From: a phage
DNA: 64,000 bases
Strand: one strand, 5' to 3'
NCBI GenBank assembly: GCA_033759635.1
Contig: GCA_033759635.1_4528.1
Position 1 is the first letter of the stretch, and each line of letters opens with the position of its first letter. Position numbers and translations under genes: made by a program. Below the pieces are notes generated by a model that saw only the letters and a list, made by a program, of their open reading frames with translations, was not told the origin of the DNA and did no database searches. Below are positions 1 through 8,720 of the stretch, in pieces.

Positions 1-1
1 A

Positions 2-226
2 ATGGCTAAATTGATTATAGAAGGGTCTGAAGATGTTTTAAAATGTTTTGCCGCCTGGTTTAGTTGCTCAGGCGAGCAATCATTCATTGAAGCATTTAGA
101 ATGGGTGATATTACTGGAAACTATCCGACAACTGATATCACTGTACGTGGATATGGTATTAATGAGCCTATCCAATTGGTCGAATATGACCTTGCCACAG
201 ATGAGGAAATTCCTTATGTCGATTGA
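2..226 (+). CDS. hypothetical protein (74 aa; possibly 5'-truncated at window edge)
   Basis: ORF track; ATG at 2 but upstream not visible; stop overlaps next start. Confidence 0.4.
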   Translation: MAKLIIEGSEDVLKCFAAWFSCSGEQSFIEAFRMGDITGNYPTTDITVRGYGINEPIQLVEYDLATDEEIPYVD

Positions 227-482
227 AGATATTAAAGGCTACAAGCCACATACCGACGATAAAATCAGTAAAGTGAACGCTATTAAAGATGCAGAAGTCC
301 GTCTTGGATTGATGTTTGATGCTCTGATTGAAGAAGCATATATCTTAAAAGAAAATGAAACAGAGCAACAAACCAAAGAAGATATGGATGCAGTGCAGGC
401 TCTTAAGTATGCTAAGCAACATCTAAAAGAAGCTAGTATGTGGGCTTGTCGTGCGGTATTTCAACCAGAGGAAAAATACTAA
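216..482 (+). CDS. hypothetical protein (88 aa)
   Basis: Frame of track ORF 48..482; start refined to ATG 216 overlapping upstream stop (ATGTCGATTGA). Confidence 0.5.
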   Translation: MSIEDIKGYKPHTDDKISKVNAIKDAEVRLGLMFDALIEEAYILKENETEQQTKEDMDAVQALKYAKQHLKEASMWACRAVFQPEEKY

Positions 483-781
483 TGGCTCAAATCCTATCAG
501 GCTTTGGAACTCATTATGAAGCATCTCGACGCATAACTGAAAGCAATCCTTTTGGCCTTGTTCCGAAGCACAAGAAAATTCAAAGCCTTGATGACTTTGA
601 GAATCGCCTATGGGCCCTCTTTAATGAGTACAAGGCATATCTGAAAGAAGACGCTGACGATTGTCTTGAAGAAGATGAGATTGCGTATTACGAACAACGC
701 CTTGAACAGCTCAAGAACTTCCACCAGGTTCGTGACGAAGTATCTAAAGCAGTTAAAAAGTTAATTCCTTTCAAAGAGTAG
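482..781 (+). CDS. hypothetical protein (99 aa)
   Basis: Frame of track ORF 440..781; start refined to ATG 482 (TAATG overlap with upstream stop). Confidence 0.5.
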   Translation: MAQILSGFGTHYEASRRITESNPFGLVPKHKKIQSLDDFENRLWALFNEYKAYLKEDADDCLEEDEIAYYEQRLEQLKNFHQVRDEVSKAVKKLIPFKE

Positions 782-837
782 TTTACTTCTCCTCTAGTTG
801 TGTTACTATAGACCTGTCAACTAGAGGAGAAATCAAA
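781..837 (+). promoter_or_regulatory. early promoter / stem-loop cassette upstream of regB
   Basis: GTTTAC 781-786, 17-nt spacer, TACTAT; 10-bp IR cctctagttg (791-800) / caactagagg (818-827), right arm overlaps SD. Confidence 0.6.
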
Positions 838-1296
838 ATGACTATCAATTCAGACGTTTTTATCCGCCGTAATAAACTCCGTCGAATCTTTGAAACGGAG
901 TTCCGCAAAATAAATGCCGGTATAAAAGATGCTGCAAAGTCTCTTGGACTACCAGGCTTTCATATCAAGTATTCTCAACATCTCTTAGATCGTGCCATCC
1001 AGAGAGAAATAGATGAGAATTACGTTTTTGAATTATTTCGTAAAGTAAAAAATCATGTTAAAGAAGTTGCAGAATTTTTATCAATGCCGGCACGTCCAGA
1101 TGTTGATGAAGATTTTGTCGAAGGTGTCGAATATCGCCCAGGCCGTTTAGAAATAACTGATGGAAATCTTTGGTTAGGACTTACAGTCTGTCGCGAAAAT
1201 CCAGCATTCAAAATGAAGACTCTTCAATGTAGAATGGCTATTATTAACAGTAAACGACTACCAGGAAAAGCTTCTAAAGCAGTGATTAAAATCTAG
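838..1296 (+). CDS. regB: RegB-like sequence-specific endoribonuclease
   Basis: 152 aa; N-terminus MTIN..VFIRRNKLRR and C-terminus QCRMAIINS.RLPGKASKAVIK match recalled T4 RegB; SD GAGGAGAAA upstream. Confidence 0.75.
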   Translation: MTINSDVFIRRNKLRRIFETEFRKINAGIKDAAKSLGLPGFHIKYSQHLLDRAIQREIDENYVFELFRKVKNHVKEVAEFLSMPARPDVDEDFVEGVEYRPGRLEITDGNLWLGLTVCRENPAFKMKTLQCRMAIINSKRLPGKASKAVIKI

Positions 1297-1304
1297 AGGT
1301 AAAC

Positions 1305-1847
1305 ATGAGAAAAGCACTACTCGCTGGTCTATTTGCTCTTTCGTTATCAGCACATAGCTCCGAGCATACTTTTAGTAATGTCCAACTCGATAACTTGAAT
1401 TATGCTTATCAGTTTGGGGAACAGTTTTCTAAGGACGGAAAATTTAAAACGCATGAAAATATGCATAAGAAAGGACTTGGATACATAATGGCCGCAATAC
1501 TATGGCAAGAATCATCTGCCGGTATTAATCTTAAAGATAAGAAAGGTCACCATGCGTATGGAATGTTCCAAAATTATCTACCGACAATGAGGGCAAGAAT
1601 TAACCAGCTTGGTTATAATATGTCTGATGCCCAAATTAAGAAAATGCTATCTAAGCGGTCTAATTCGGCCAGATGGGCTTATATCGAATTTTCTTATTGG
1701 TTAAATATACATAACGGGGATATAAGAAAAGCTATATCCTCATATAATGCGGGGTGGAAGACAAGTGCTGGAAGTAAATATGCTTCTGAAGTCCTAGAAA
1801 AGGCTAATTACCTTAAATCAAATAAACTACTGGAAATAAAAGAATGA
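1305..1847 (+). CDS. secreted lytic transglycosylase-like protein
   Basis: N-terminal signal peptide (MRKALLAGLFALSLSA); SLT-like motifs (WQESS, YNAG); 180 aa. Confidence 0.5.
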   Translation: MRKALLAGLFALSLSAHSSEHTFSNVQLDNLNYAYQFGEQFSKDGKFKTHENMHKKGLGYIMAAILWQESSAGINLKDKKGHHAYGMFQNYLPTMRARINQLGYNMSDAQIKKMLSKRSNSARWAYIEFSYWLNIHNGDIRKAISSYNAGWKTSAGSKYASEVLEKANYLKSNKLLEIKE

Positions 1848-2191
1848 CCAAAATGTTAGCTTTAATAGTTGGCTTGGTTTCATTTAACGCTCTTGCTAAT
1901 ACTACATATACTGATGTAACGGAGTATACAAACAGAACGGCGTCTGATTATTGTGGTAAAAGTCAAGAGTGTAAAGTAGATTTTTCACAAAAATTGTTAT
2001 ATGCGTATAAAGACGGAGAAAAAGATGGGGCGTCTAGTAGGTTCAAGGCGTCTACCTTAATTAAAAGATACTATAAAAAATGGCAAATATTAGAATGCTC
2101 GGTGGCGGAACCTAAAGATAAGGCAGCATGCAATTCTATGGTGGACCGTCTAGTTGACTCTTATACTAGAGGACTTGCAGCAAGTGATTAA
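1844..2191 (+). CDS. secreted small Cys-containing protein
   Basis: Signal peptide MTKMLALIVGLVSFNALA; 115 aa; ATGA overlap with upstream gene. Confidence 0.5.
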   Translation: MTKMLALIVGLVSFNALANTTYTDVTEYTNRTASDYCGKSQECKVDFSQKLLYAYKDGEKDGASSRFKASTLIKRYYKKWQILECSVAEPKDKAACNSMVDRLVDSYTRGLAASD

Positions 2192-2651
2192 AAACTATAT
2201 CAAGGGCGATATTGTCGCCCTGTTTTCTAAAGGTAATAATATTGCTCATGGGTGCAATTGTTTTCATACAATGGGTGCCGGTGTAGCAGGTCAATTGGCA
2301 AAGGCTTATCCAAAAATTTTAGAAGCCGATAAACTTCAAACCGAATTCGGAGACGAGTCTAAACTCGGGACTTATTCGGTTTATGAAAAATATTTTAAGA
2401 CCCATAAAGCTTATTGCTTTAATCTTTATACACAGTTTGAGCCGGGACCTAATTTTGAGTACTCTGCTTTAATGAATTGTATAATAGAATTAAATGAATT
2501 CGGAAAAAATAAGATAACAAAGCCTGTAATTTATATGCCAAGAATTGGTGCAGGTATTGGTGGTGGAAACTGGGATGTCATCGAAGAGATTTTAGATACG
2601 TATTCCACTAAACTAGAAATTGTGATTGTTGATTGGGAACCATTGTTATGA
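2154..2651 (+). CDS. macro-domain-like protein (putative ADP-ribose binding/hydrolase)
   Basis: Glycine-rich motifs NNIAHGCNCFHTMGAGVAGQL and IYMPRIGAGIGGGNW resemble macro domain; start uncertain (TTG 2154 or GTG 2184). Confidence 0.5.
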   Translation: MTLILEDLQQVIKNYIKGDIVALFSKGNNIAHGCNCFHTMGAGVAGQLAKAYPKILEADKLQTEFGDESKLGTYSVYEKYFKTHKAYCFNLYTQFEPGPNFEYSALMNCIIELNEFGKNKITKPVIYMPRIGAGIGGGNWDVIEEILDTYSTKLEIVIVDWEPLL

Positions 2652-2860
2652 ATGTGCATTATCCTCACCCGTATGACCCAAAGAATAAAGCAGTTATTAT
2701 TCGTGAATGGGAAGAAATTCGTCAGACTAAGTGTCCTATTAATAGTCCACATGATGTCGATAAAGACTACATTGGAACATTCGTTGAATATACCTTTATT
2801 GATAAGAAAGGTCGTAAACAGCATGTAGAAGAATACTGCTTAAAGGTGACATGGTTATGA
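2648..2860 (+). CDS. hypothetical protein (70 aa)
   Basis: Start refined to ATG 2648 (ATGA overlap with upstream stop). Confidence 0.5.
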   Translation: MNVHYPHPYDPKNKAVIIREWEEIRQTKCPINSPHDVDKDYIGTFVEYTFIDKKGRKQHVEEYCLKVTWL

Positions 2861-3042
2861 GTTTAAGTAAAGAACAAAAAGACAAACTCTTTTCTCTTAT
2901 CCATGAAGTTATGGATAAAAATAGCGAATTGGAAAAAGTTTGTAATGAATGTGGTCCTTTTAATACTGACGAATACGAAGAACTGTGTAAAGATTTTGAC
3001 GATAAAGAGCAAGAACTTATTGATTATATAAATTCATTATGA
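2851..3042 (+). CDS. hypothetical acidic protein (63 aa)
   Basis: ORF track; SD-like AAAGGTGA before ATG. Confidence 0.5.
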   Translation: MVMSLSKEQKDKLFSLIHEVMDKNSELEKVCNECGPFNTDEYEELCKDFDDKEQELIDYINSL

Positions 3043-3236
3043 TTACTCGCGAACAAAAGAACGAAATATTATTTTTAGTTGGTGAAATTATTAGTTTAGA
3101 AAAGGATTTGTCTTTTGAAATATCTTCTGAATATGGAGATGCCGAAACATATTACGAATTAGTAAAATCTATCAATAAAGCTGAAAATGATTTAGAAACA
3201 TATTTAGAAAATTTAACTAAGGACTCTTATGGCTAG
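3039..3236 (+). CDS. hypothetical protein (65 aa)
   Basis: ORF track; ATGA overlap with upstream gene. Confidence 0.5.
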   Translation: MITREQKNEILFLVGEIISLEKDLSFEISSEYGDAETYYELVKSINKAENDLETYLENLTKDSYG

Positions 3237-3810
3237 TTTAATTTTTACCTATGCCGCTATGAACGCTGGTAAGTCTGCTTCATTACTTACTGCCGCACAT
3301 AACTATAAAGAACGTGGCATGGGTGTATTAGTTCTTAAACCTGCTATTGATACTCGAGATTCAAAAGGTGAAATAGTCTCTCGTATTGGTATTCGTCAGG
3401 ATGCCAATATAATTACAAAAGACATGGACATCTTTGAATTCTATAAATGGGCTGCAGCACAAAAGGATATTCATTGTGTATTTGTTGACGAAGCTCAGTT
3501 CTTAACTACTGAAAAGGTGTATCAACTTAGTCGTATTGTTGACGTATACAATGTGCCAGTAATGGCATATGGACTACGAACAGATTTTAAAGGTAATCTA
3601 TTTGAAGGTTCTCAAGCATTAATGGCTATTGCCGATAAGCTTGTTGAACTTAAAGGTGTCTGTCATTGCGGTAAAAAGGCCACAATGGTAGCTAGAGTCA
3701 CGGAAGATGGACTTCCAATTACAGATGGTGGACAAATTGAAATTGGTGATACCGATAGATACGTGTCATTATGCCGGAAGCATTGGAATGATTTGACAGG
3801 GATGTTATAA
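3229..3810 (+). CDS. tk: thymidine kinase
   Basis: 193 aa; P-loop AAMNAGKS; near-complete match to recalled T4 Tk (MASLIFTYAAMNAGKSASLL...CRKHW). Confidence 0.9.
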   Translation: MASLIFTYAAMNAGKSASLLTAAHNYKERGMGVLVLKPAIDTRDSKGEIVSRIGIRQDANIITKDMDIFEFYKWAAAQKDIHCVFVDEAQFLTTEKVYQLSRIVDVYNVPVMAYGLRTDFKGNLFEGSQALMAIADKLVELKGVCHCGKKATMVARVTEDGLPITDGGQIEIGDTDRYVSLCRKHWNDLTGML

Positions 3811-3837
3811 ATACTAATATCTAACCAAGAGGTATAT

Positions 3838-4050
3838 ATGCAGCAATTAAACGAAAGACAACTTCGTAATCTTACTGTAACCCAATTGGATGAAATCCGA
3901 AGAGAATTAGGACATTCTATTTCTCATTTAAATGAGGATATCCGTCAAACTGGTTCTAAAGCTGATTATACACGCAAGCGCAAGCTGGAAAAATACCTCA
4001 CAGATGTTAAGGCCGTCCAAAGGCGAAAAATAAATACTGGCCAAAATTAA
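3838..4050 (+). CDS. hypothetical protein (70 aa; positional equivalent of T4 rI.-1)
   Basis: ORF track; position between tk and rI. Confidence 0.5.
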   Translation: MQQLNERQLRNLTVTQLDEIRRELGHSISHLNEDIRQTGSKADYTRKRKLEKYLTDVKAVQRRKINTGQN

Positions 4051-4062
4051 CAGGAGGCCTAT

Positions 4063-4365
4063 ATGGCCTTAAGAGCGATAGCTGTCATAGCGATGCTGGG
4101 GTTTTTTGCAGCAACAACTCCTATCGTTGGTACTGCACATATTGACCCATATTTTGATAACTTTATGGAATCAGGGATTAAAAACGTATATACTTTGTTT
4201 GAAATTCAAAATGTCGAGAATTCTGAAAAATTCTATAAGTATATGGCAAAGCATTACAAAAATAGCCCCTGTGATGATGCATTTGAATGTCATGAACAAG
4301 GCATAAAAACTGCCAGACAATTTGCTGAGTTCATGAAAATAAAATTAGAGCCTACATCTATCTAA
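4063..4365 (+). CDS. rI: lysis-inhibition regulator RI (antiholin)
   Basis: 100 aa; N-terminal signal anchor MALRAIAVIAMLGF; matches recalled T4 RI (..DPYFD.FMESGI..VY.LFE..); two ORFs downstream of tk as in T4. Confidence 0.7.
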   Translation: MALRAIAVIAMLGFFAATTPIVGTAHIDPYFDNFMESGIKNVYTLFEIQNVENSEKFYKYMAKHYKNSPCDDAFECHEQGIKTARQFAEFMKIKLEPTSI

Positions 4366-4371
4366 TTTACT

Positions 4372-4400
4372 AGCCCCTTCCTTATGGTTGGGGCTTTTTG
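4372..4400 (+). terminator. intrinsic terminator after rI
   Basis: Stem agcccc / ggggct with 12-nt loop followed by TTTTT. Confidence 0.55.
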
Positions 4401-4410
4401 GCATCTATCA

Positions 4411-4466
4411 GTTTACTTCTCCTCAGGTTGTGTTATAGTAGTCCTTACTTACTAGAGGAGAACGTT
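4411..4466 (+). promoter_or_regulatory. early promoter / stem-loop cassette
   Basis: GTTTAC 4411-4416; IR ttctcctc (4417-4424) / gaggagaa (4455-4462) pairs the SD. Confidence 0.55.
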
Positions 4467-4646
4467 ATGACACGTAAAGAAAAGATTTCTAAGTTGATGT
4501 TTTTGATTGAAGAGTACGCTAATGCGGTATCTGATTGGGAAAATGCTCATGGTTGCGAAGATGGAGACATCGACATTAACAGAGCTATGAAAAAGATGGC
4601 CGACGCCCACACTGAATTGCAAATGTATGTTAACGAGATTATGTGA
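4467..4646 (+). CDS. hypothetical protein (59 aa)
   Basis: Start refined to ATG 4467 directly after SD GAGGAGAA of promoter cassette. Confidence 0.5.
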   Translation: MTRKEKISKLMFLIEEYANAVSDWENAHGCEDGDIDINRAMKKMADAHTELQMYVNEIM

Positions 4647-4653
4647 GGATATT

Positions 4654-4860
4654 ATGCTTTACGATTATACTGGAAAATCTGAAGACGGTGTGCTTGAACT
4701 TTTACCTGAAAGCGCTGAAGATGATGATATGGTGGCAATGTTTTGTAAAAATGGTCCTGGGGATAAGGGATGGATTTATCTTCGCCAAGAAAATGACCTA
4801 ATTGTTTTAGACCCAAAACAAGTTGAAGAACTTTATCAACATTTAAAACACAATCGGTAG
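4654..4860 (+). CDS. hypothetical protein (68 aa)
   Basis: Start refined to ATG 4654 with SD GAGGA. Confidence 0.5.
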   Translation: MLYDYTGKSEDGVLELLPESAEDDDMVAMFCKNGPGDKGWIYLRQENDLIVLDPKQVEELYQHLKHNR

Positions 4861-4917
4861 TTTACATCTTGGTAGGACTATGTTATAGTAGTCCTACCAA
4901 AACAAACGGAGAACAAA
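4860..4917 (+). promoter_or_regulatory. early promoter / stem-loop cassette
   Basis: GTTTAC 4860-4865; 10-bp IR ggtaggacta / tagtcctacc bracketing TGTTATAGTA. Confidence 0.55.
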
Positions 4918-5028
4918 ATGAAACTTTTGCTTATCGCTTATGTTGTAGTACAATACAATTATCCGATGTTTACTTATAACATGGTAAACGGCATAGTGAA
5001 TCTTATTGAAACGAGTATGGTAAAATGA
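4918..5028 (+). CDS. small hydrophobic ORF (36 aa)
   Basis: Not in track (below size cut-off); ATG 4918 preceded by ACGGAGAACAAA; read codon by codon to TGA 5026-5028. Confidence 0.35.
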   Translation: MKLLLIAYVVVQYNYPMFTYNMVNGIVNLIETSMVK

Positions 5029-5204
5029 CCCGTGAACAAGCTAATAAATTGATGGACCTTATCCGTGACCTACGTGAAGCCGATTCAGATTTGAATGATG
5101 TAGCTTATCACGCGGTAAATGATAACGGAGACTTTTATGAAAATCAGGTTGATGCGTGCCAGAATGCTTTGGTGAATTTTGTTGAAACTTTAATTGGTGA
5201 ATAA
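5025..5204 (+). CDS. small ORF (59 aa)
   Basis: Not in track; ATGA overlap with upstream ORF; read codon by codon to TAA 5202-5204. Confidence 0.4.
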   Translation: MTREQANKLMDLIRDLREADSDLNDVAYHAVNDNGDFYENQVDACQNALVNFVETLIGE

Positions 5205-5205
5205 T

Positions 5206-5736
5206 ATGAAAATTGTAATTGAAACAACCGAGTTGTTTGGTGATTTATGTATCGAAAAACGTGGTTATGTGTATGTTCTGACACAAGAAGATGATTCTGT
5301 TACTATTCTTCCTATGGAACTGGACAAGATTTTGAAACTCAATCCGCCAGGCCATGCATCTGTAATTAACATCGATGAAGACCTTCAAGTTCGTTTTTAT
5401 CACGGTCTTTATAGTGGGGTTAATATCGAAACAGAAGATGAATGCCTTTCTATTAATAATTGGAAAACATTCGTCACTAAGGTGAAAGAATTAATGGAAT
5501 CTGAAACAGCCAAAAAGGCCAAACTTCAATGGGCTAAATGCCGTAATGCTTTTATTACAAATCAGGACCGCCCTGACTATACAACGGTCCTAGGCGTTAA
5601 TCCTTCTTATGAAGATGGCGATGTTGTAGTTATTCGCCAAATTGATGACCTTCGTCAACATATCGTTACATTAGACAAAGATGAAGCAGTTGCTCTTAAA
5701 GCTTATCTCGATTCTATTATCCCAACTTTGAAATAA
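5206..5736 (+). CDS. hypothetical protein (176 aa)
   Basis: Start refined to ATG 5206 just after upstream stop. Confidence 0.6.
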   Translation: MKIVIETTELFGDLCIEKRGYVYVLTQEDDSVTILPMELDKILKLNPPGHASVINIDEDLQVRFYHGLYSGVNIETEDECLSINNWKTFVTKVKELMESETAKKAKLQWAKCRNAFITNQDRPDYTTVLGVNPSYEDGDVVVIRQIDDLRQHIVTLDKDEAVALKAYLDSIIPTLK

Positions 5737-5745
5737 GGAATTATT

Positions 5746-6219
5746 ATGATTATCAATGAAAACTCTTGGCACTTTAAAATTTATGCCGCGTTTAATAGTA
5801 CATGGAATCGTCCGAAAACGTTGTGTGCTTATTTTTGGAAAACGTTTCTCCCGGTATTGTTTGTTTCGATTATTGGATTTGCGATTTTAGCAGCGGCCAC
5901 AATCGTTGGCCATGAAATTTTAACTAAATTCTTTGTCTTTAGTAGTTTATGGTCATTGGTTCCGGCCTCAATTGGTGTAGGTGTTTTATTCATTGCATTA
6001 TGTGTTGGTATTTCTATAGTTTTAGTATTAGGCATACCGTGGCTAATCGACTTATATAGAGAGCGGAAGTATTATAAAGAAATTGAGCTCATTGCGCAAA
6101 ACCAAGAACGAATTAAAAATGGACTTGAGCCTATTGAACGTAAGAAATCATTAATAGGTGAATACCTTAAAGCTCGTAAAGAAAAAGTCTGTCCTACTCT
6201 TGAATATAAGGCTAAATAA
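5746..6219 (+). CDS. hypothetical membrane protein (157 aa)
   Basis: Three predicted hydrophobic helices (LPVLFVSIIGFAILAAATIV; VFSSLWSLVPASIGVGVLFIALCVGISIVLVLGI). Confidence 0.6.
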   Translation: MIINENSWHFKIYAAFNSTWNRPKTLCAYFWKTFLPVLFVSIIGFAILAAATIVGHEILTKFFVFSSLWSLVPASIGVGVLFIALCVGISIVLVLGIPWLIDLYRERKYYKEIELIAQNQERIKNGLEPIERKKSLIGEYLKARKEKVCPTLEYKAK

Positions 6220-7205
6220 TGAAAACGATTGTTAAGGCTTACTTTGGTAGCCACCTTTATGGAACGTCTACTCCTGAATCTGACGTTGATTTTAAAGAAA
6301 TTTATGTCCCTCATGCTCGTGATATTTTGACCGGTAACGTTAAAGAACATATGAGCAAGAACACGAATAACACATCTTCTAAGAACACAAAAGACGACGT
6401 AGACCATGAGTTGTATAGTCTCAAATATTTCTTTAAACTAGCTGCAGATGGTGAAACCGTCGCATTAGATATGCTTCACACTCCACCGAGTCTAGTAGTT
6501 AAATCTGATTTGCCTGATGTATGGAAGTATATTCAAGATAACAGATCTCGTTTCTATACCACTAACATGAAATCTTATTTAGGGTATGTCCGTAAGCAAG
6601 CTTCTAAATATGGCGTCAAGGGTTCTCGTCTGGCTGTTCTCCGCCAAGCCCTTAAACGTTCTAATGAATGGGGACAATACTTTGACAACGGTGCAGTAAT
6701 TCGTTTATCACATATGAAGAATGTTCTGCCTATAGGTGAATTTGCTTCGTGGATTGAAACCGAAAACGAGAAAACAGGTAAGCAAACATTCTATAATCTG
6801 TTAGACCGTAAATTCCAAGACACGTTAACCAATAAAGAGTTCAATGCCATCCTGGTTAAACTGGAAGAGAACTATGGTGAACGTGCTCGTAAGGCAGAAG
6901 CTAACGAAGGTATTGATTGGAAAGCATTGAGTCATGCATGCCGTGGTGGACTTCAGCTCTTAGAAATTTACAAAACCGGCGACCTGGTTTACCCGCTTCA
7001 GGATGCTCCATTTATTCTCGATGTTAAGCTTGGTAAACATACGTTTAAAACCGTACAGGAATTCTTAGAAGATATCGTTGACCAAGTTGAACATGCCGCA
7101 GAACAAGCCGCTAAGAACGGTATGCAGCAAAAAGTAGATATGAGTTTCTGGGATGACTTCCTTGAGCAAGTCTACTTAGAAAACCACAATTCATACTATA
7201 AATGA
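6219..7205 (+). CDS. Pol-beta-like nucleotidyltransferase-fold protein
   Basis: N-terminal GS-x9-SDVD motif (YFGSHLYGTSTPESDVDF) typical of minimal nucleotidyltransferases; 328 aa. Confidence 0.55.
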   Translation: MKTIVKAYFGSHLYGTSTPESDVDFKEIYVPHARDILTGNVKEHMSKNTNNTSSKNTKDDVDHELYSLKYFFKLAADGETVALDMLHTPPSLVVKSDLPDVWKYIQDNRSRFYTTNMKSYLGYVRKQASKYGVKGSRLAVLRQALKRSNEWGQYFDNGAVIRLSHMKNVLPIGEFASWIETENEKTGKQTFYNLLDRKFQDTLTNKEFNAILVKLEENYGERARKAEANEGIDWKALSHACRGGLQLLEIYKTGDLVYPLQDAPFILDVKLGKHTFKTVQEFLEDIVDQVEHAAEQAAKNGMQQKVDMSFWDDFLEQVYLENHNSYYK

Positions 7206-7208
7206 TAA

Positions 7209-7225
7209 GGGCCTTCGGGCCCTTT
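7209..7225 (+). terminator. intrinsic terminator
   Basis: GGGCC-TTCG-GGCCC then TTT, directly after stop at 7205. Confidence 0.55.
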
Positions 7226-7252
7226 AGGGGGTCAAAATATTTTTAAAAAGTA

Positions 7253-7312
7253 GTGTACATGCTTTTAGGATATGTTATTATAGGACCTATCAAAACAAGA
7301 GGAGAAAACAAA
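7253..7312 (+). promoter_or_regulatory. early promoter-like element
   Basis: GTGTAC 7253-7258, 17-nt spacer, TATTAT 7276-7281, then SD AGAGGAG. Confidence 0.5.
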
Positions 7313-7531
7313 ATGAAAACCAAAATGTTAGAAATGATTCGTGAAGCTGGTGATAAAGGTCTTATGGTTAACACTCGTAATGCAGACCAACGTCAAGCAT
7401 TCGGTGAACTGAAATCTAAAGGTCTGGTTAAAGCATCCTTGGGAATCGGTAATGCATTACGAGTCACTTTGACTCCTGCCGGTAAAGCAGTGTTCTTTCA
7501 ACCTCTTACCAAAAAATCTCGTCGCAAATAA
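7313..7531 (+). CDS. hypothetical basic protein (72 aa)
   Basis: Start refined to ATG 7313 after SD AGAGGAG. Confidence 0.5.
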   Translation: MKTKMLEMIREAGDKGLMVNTRNADQRQAFGELKSKGLVKASLGIGNALRVTLTPAGKAVFFQPLTKKSRRK

Positions 7532-7533
7532 TT

Positions 7534-7601
7534 GTTTACTTTTGCTTTAAACATGTTATTATAGACCTATCGAAACGAAATGAGTAAATTTGGAGAATAA
7601 A
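7534..7601 (+). promoter_or_regulatory. early promoter-like element
   Basis: GTTTAC 7534-7539, 17-nt spacer, TATTAT; shares the TGTTATTATAGACCTATC core. Confidence 0.5.
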
Positions 7602-8582
7602 ATGTTCAACGTTCAGATCAAAAAAGGTATCTATCGTAATAACGAAATCTCTGGTTCTTATGTTGCCACAAAGACATGGTTCCCGGCAAAGCTTAATCCT
7701 GAATGTTCCCACTTAGGTGACGGTAAAATTTTCGTTATGATTGATGGTTCTGAACGTGGAGTATGGGTCTTCAAATCAGACATCGTAATGGAAGGAGTTG
7801 AGACATCACCAGTTGCAGTTGTTGAAAGCACTGAAGATATGAAAACTCGTATCAACAAACGCTTTAAAGTAATGAACATGATGACGAATGGCATTATTGA
7901 TGGCAAAATTCGTTCACTCATTATTTCAGGTGCAGCTGGTATTGGTAAGACGTATTCTCTGGATAAAGCACTTAATAATGCTAATGATAACGGTTTCATC
8001 AAATACAAAAGCATTAATGGTAAAATCTCTGGTATTGGCCTTTACGAACAACTTTGGCTCAACCGTGATGAAGACAGCGTTCTCTTAATCGATGACGTTG
8101 ACGTATTCTCAGATATGGACATCCTGAACCTTCTTAAAGCAGCATTAGATACCGGAGATAAACGCAAAGTTTGTTGGAGCACTGCGTCATCTTATCTCGA
8201 GGATAAGGGTATTGATAAAGAATTTGAGTTTGAAGGTACTATCGTTTTCATTACAAACGTTGATATCGATAAAGAGTTAGAACGGGGTTCGAAACTTGCT
8301 CCACACCTTCAAGCTTTAGTATCTCGTTCAGTGTATCTCGACCTTGGAGTACACTCTAATGAAGAGATTATGGTTCGAGTTGAAGATGTAATATTATCTA
8401 CTGACATGATGCAGAAACGTGGTCTGACGGATGCAGAAACGTATAAAGCATTGTCCTGGATGAAGGCTAACGTATCTCGTCTTCGCAATGTATCATTACG
8501 TACGGCTCTTTATGTAGCAGATTTTATTTCAACTGATAAAGATGGTTGGGAAGAAATCTCGGAAGTTACTTTACTGAAATAA
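7602..8582 (+). CDS. P-loop ATPase (AAA-like)
   Basis: Walker A ISGAAGIGKT, Walker B LLIDDVD; start refined to ATG 7602 after SD GGAGAA. Confidence 0.6.
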   Translation: MFNVQIKKGIYRNNEISGSYVATKTWFPAKLNPECSHLGDGKIFVMIDGSERGVWVFKSDIVMEGVETSPVAVVESTEDMKTRINKRFKVMNMMTNGIIDGKIRSLIISGAAGIGKTYSLDKALNNANDNGFIKYKSINGKISGIGLYEQLWLNRDEDSVLLIDDVDVFSDMDILNLLKAALDTGDKRKVCWSTASSYLEDKGIDKEFEFEGTIVFITNVDIDKELERGSKLAPHLQALVSRSVYLDLGVHSNEEIMVRVEDVILSTDMMQKRGLTDAETYKALSWMKANVSRLRNVSLRTALYVADFISTDKDGWEEISEVTLLK

Positions 8583-8720
8583 GCTTATAGGAAGTTCTGA
8601 GGTAACAAAAGCCATAAAGATGAATAATCATATGGCTTACCTCAAAGAAGGACACCAGGAACCTACTGAGGGCATAGAAATATTTAAAAATAATGATGTA
8701 CAAATCAAAGAGGATATGTT

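Noticed and set aside
48-482. Long track ORFs that start well upstream of the previous gene's stop (for example 48..482, 440..781, 4398..4646, 14464..15015, 18790..19092, 55587..56180)
   Set aside because: The 5' portions overlap upstream genes or promoter cassettes and begin at weak alternative codons. Starts were moved to the first ATG after the upstream stop, where an SD is present.
2531-2824. Minus-strand ORFs of 60-160 aa throughout the window (for example 2531..2824, 7658..8014, 24124..24612, 30965..31405, 40199..40564)
   Set aside because: They lie antisense to conserved plus-strand genes with recognisable homologues and lack SD sequences; they are most likely shadow ORFs of A/T-rich coding sequence. 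Only 46969..47166 sits in an intergenic gap with an SD.
4106-4306. Alternative-frame plus-strand ORFs nested inside larger genes (4106..4306, 7888..8088, 9146..9343, 11180..11407, 15807..16001, 24321..24578, 28416..28610, 29083..29313, 30738..30980, 63142..63336)
   Set aside because: They are wholly contained in strongly supported genes in another frame and have no independent translation signals.
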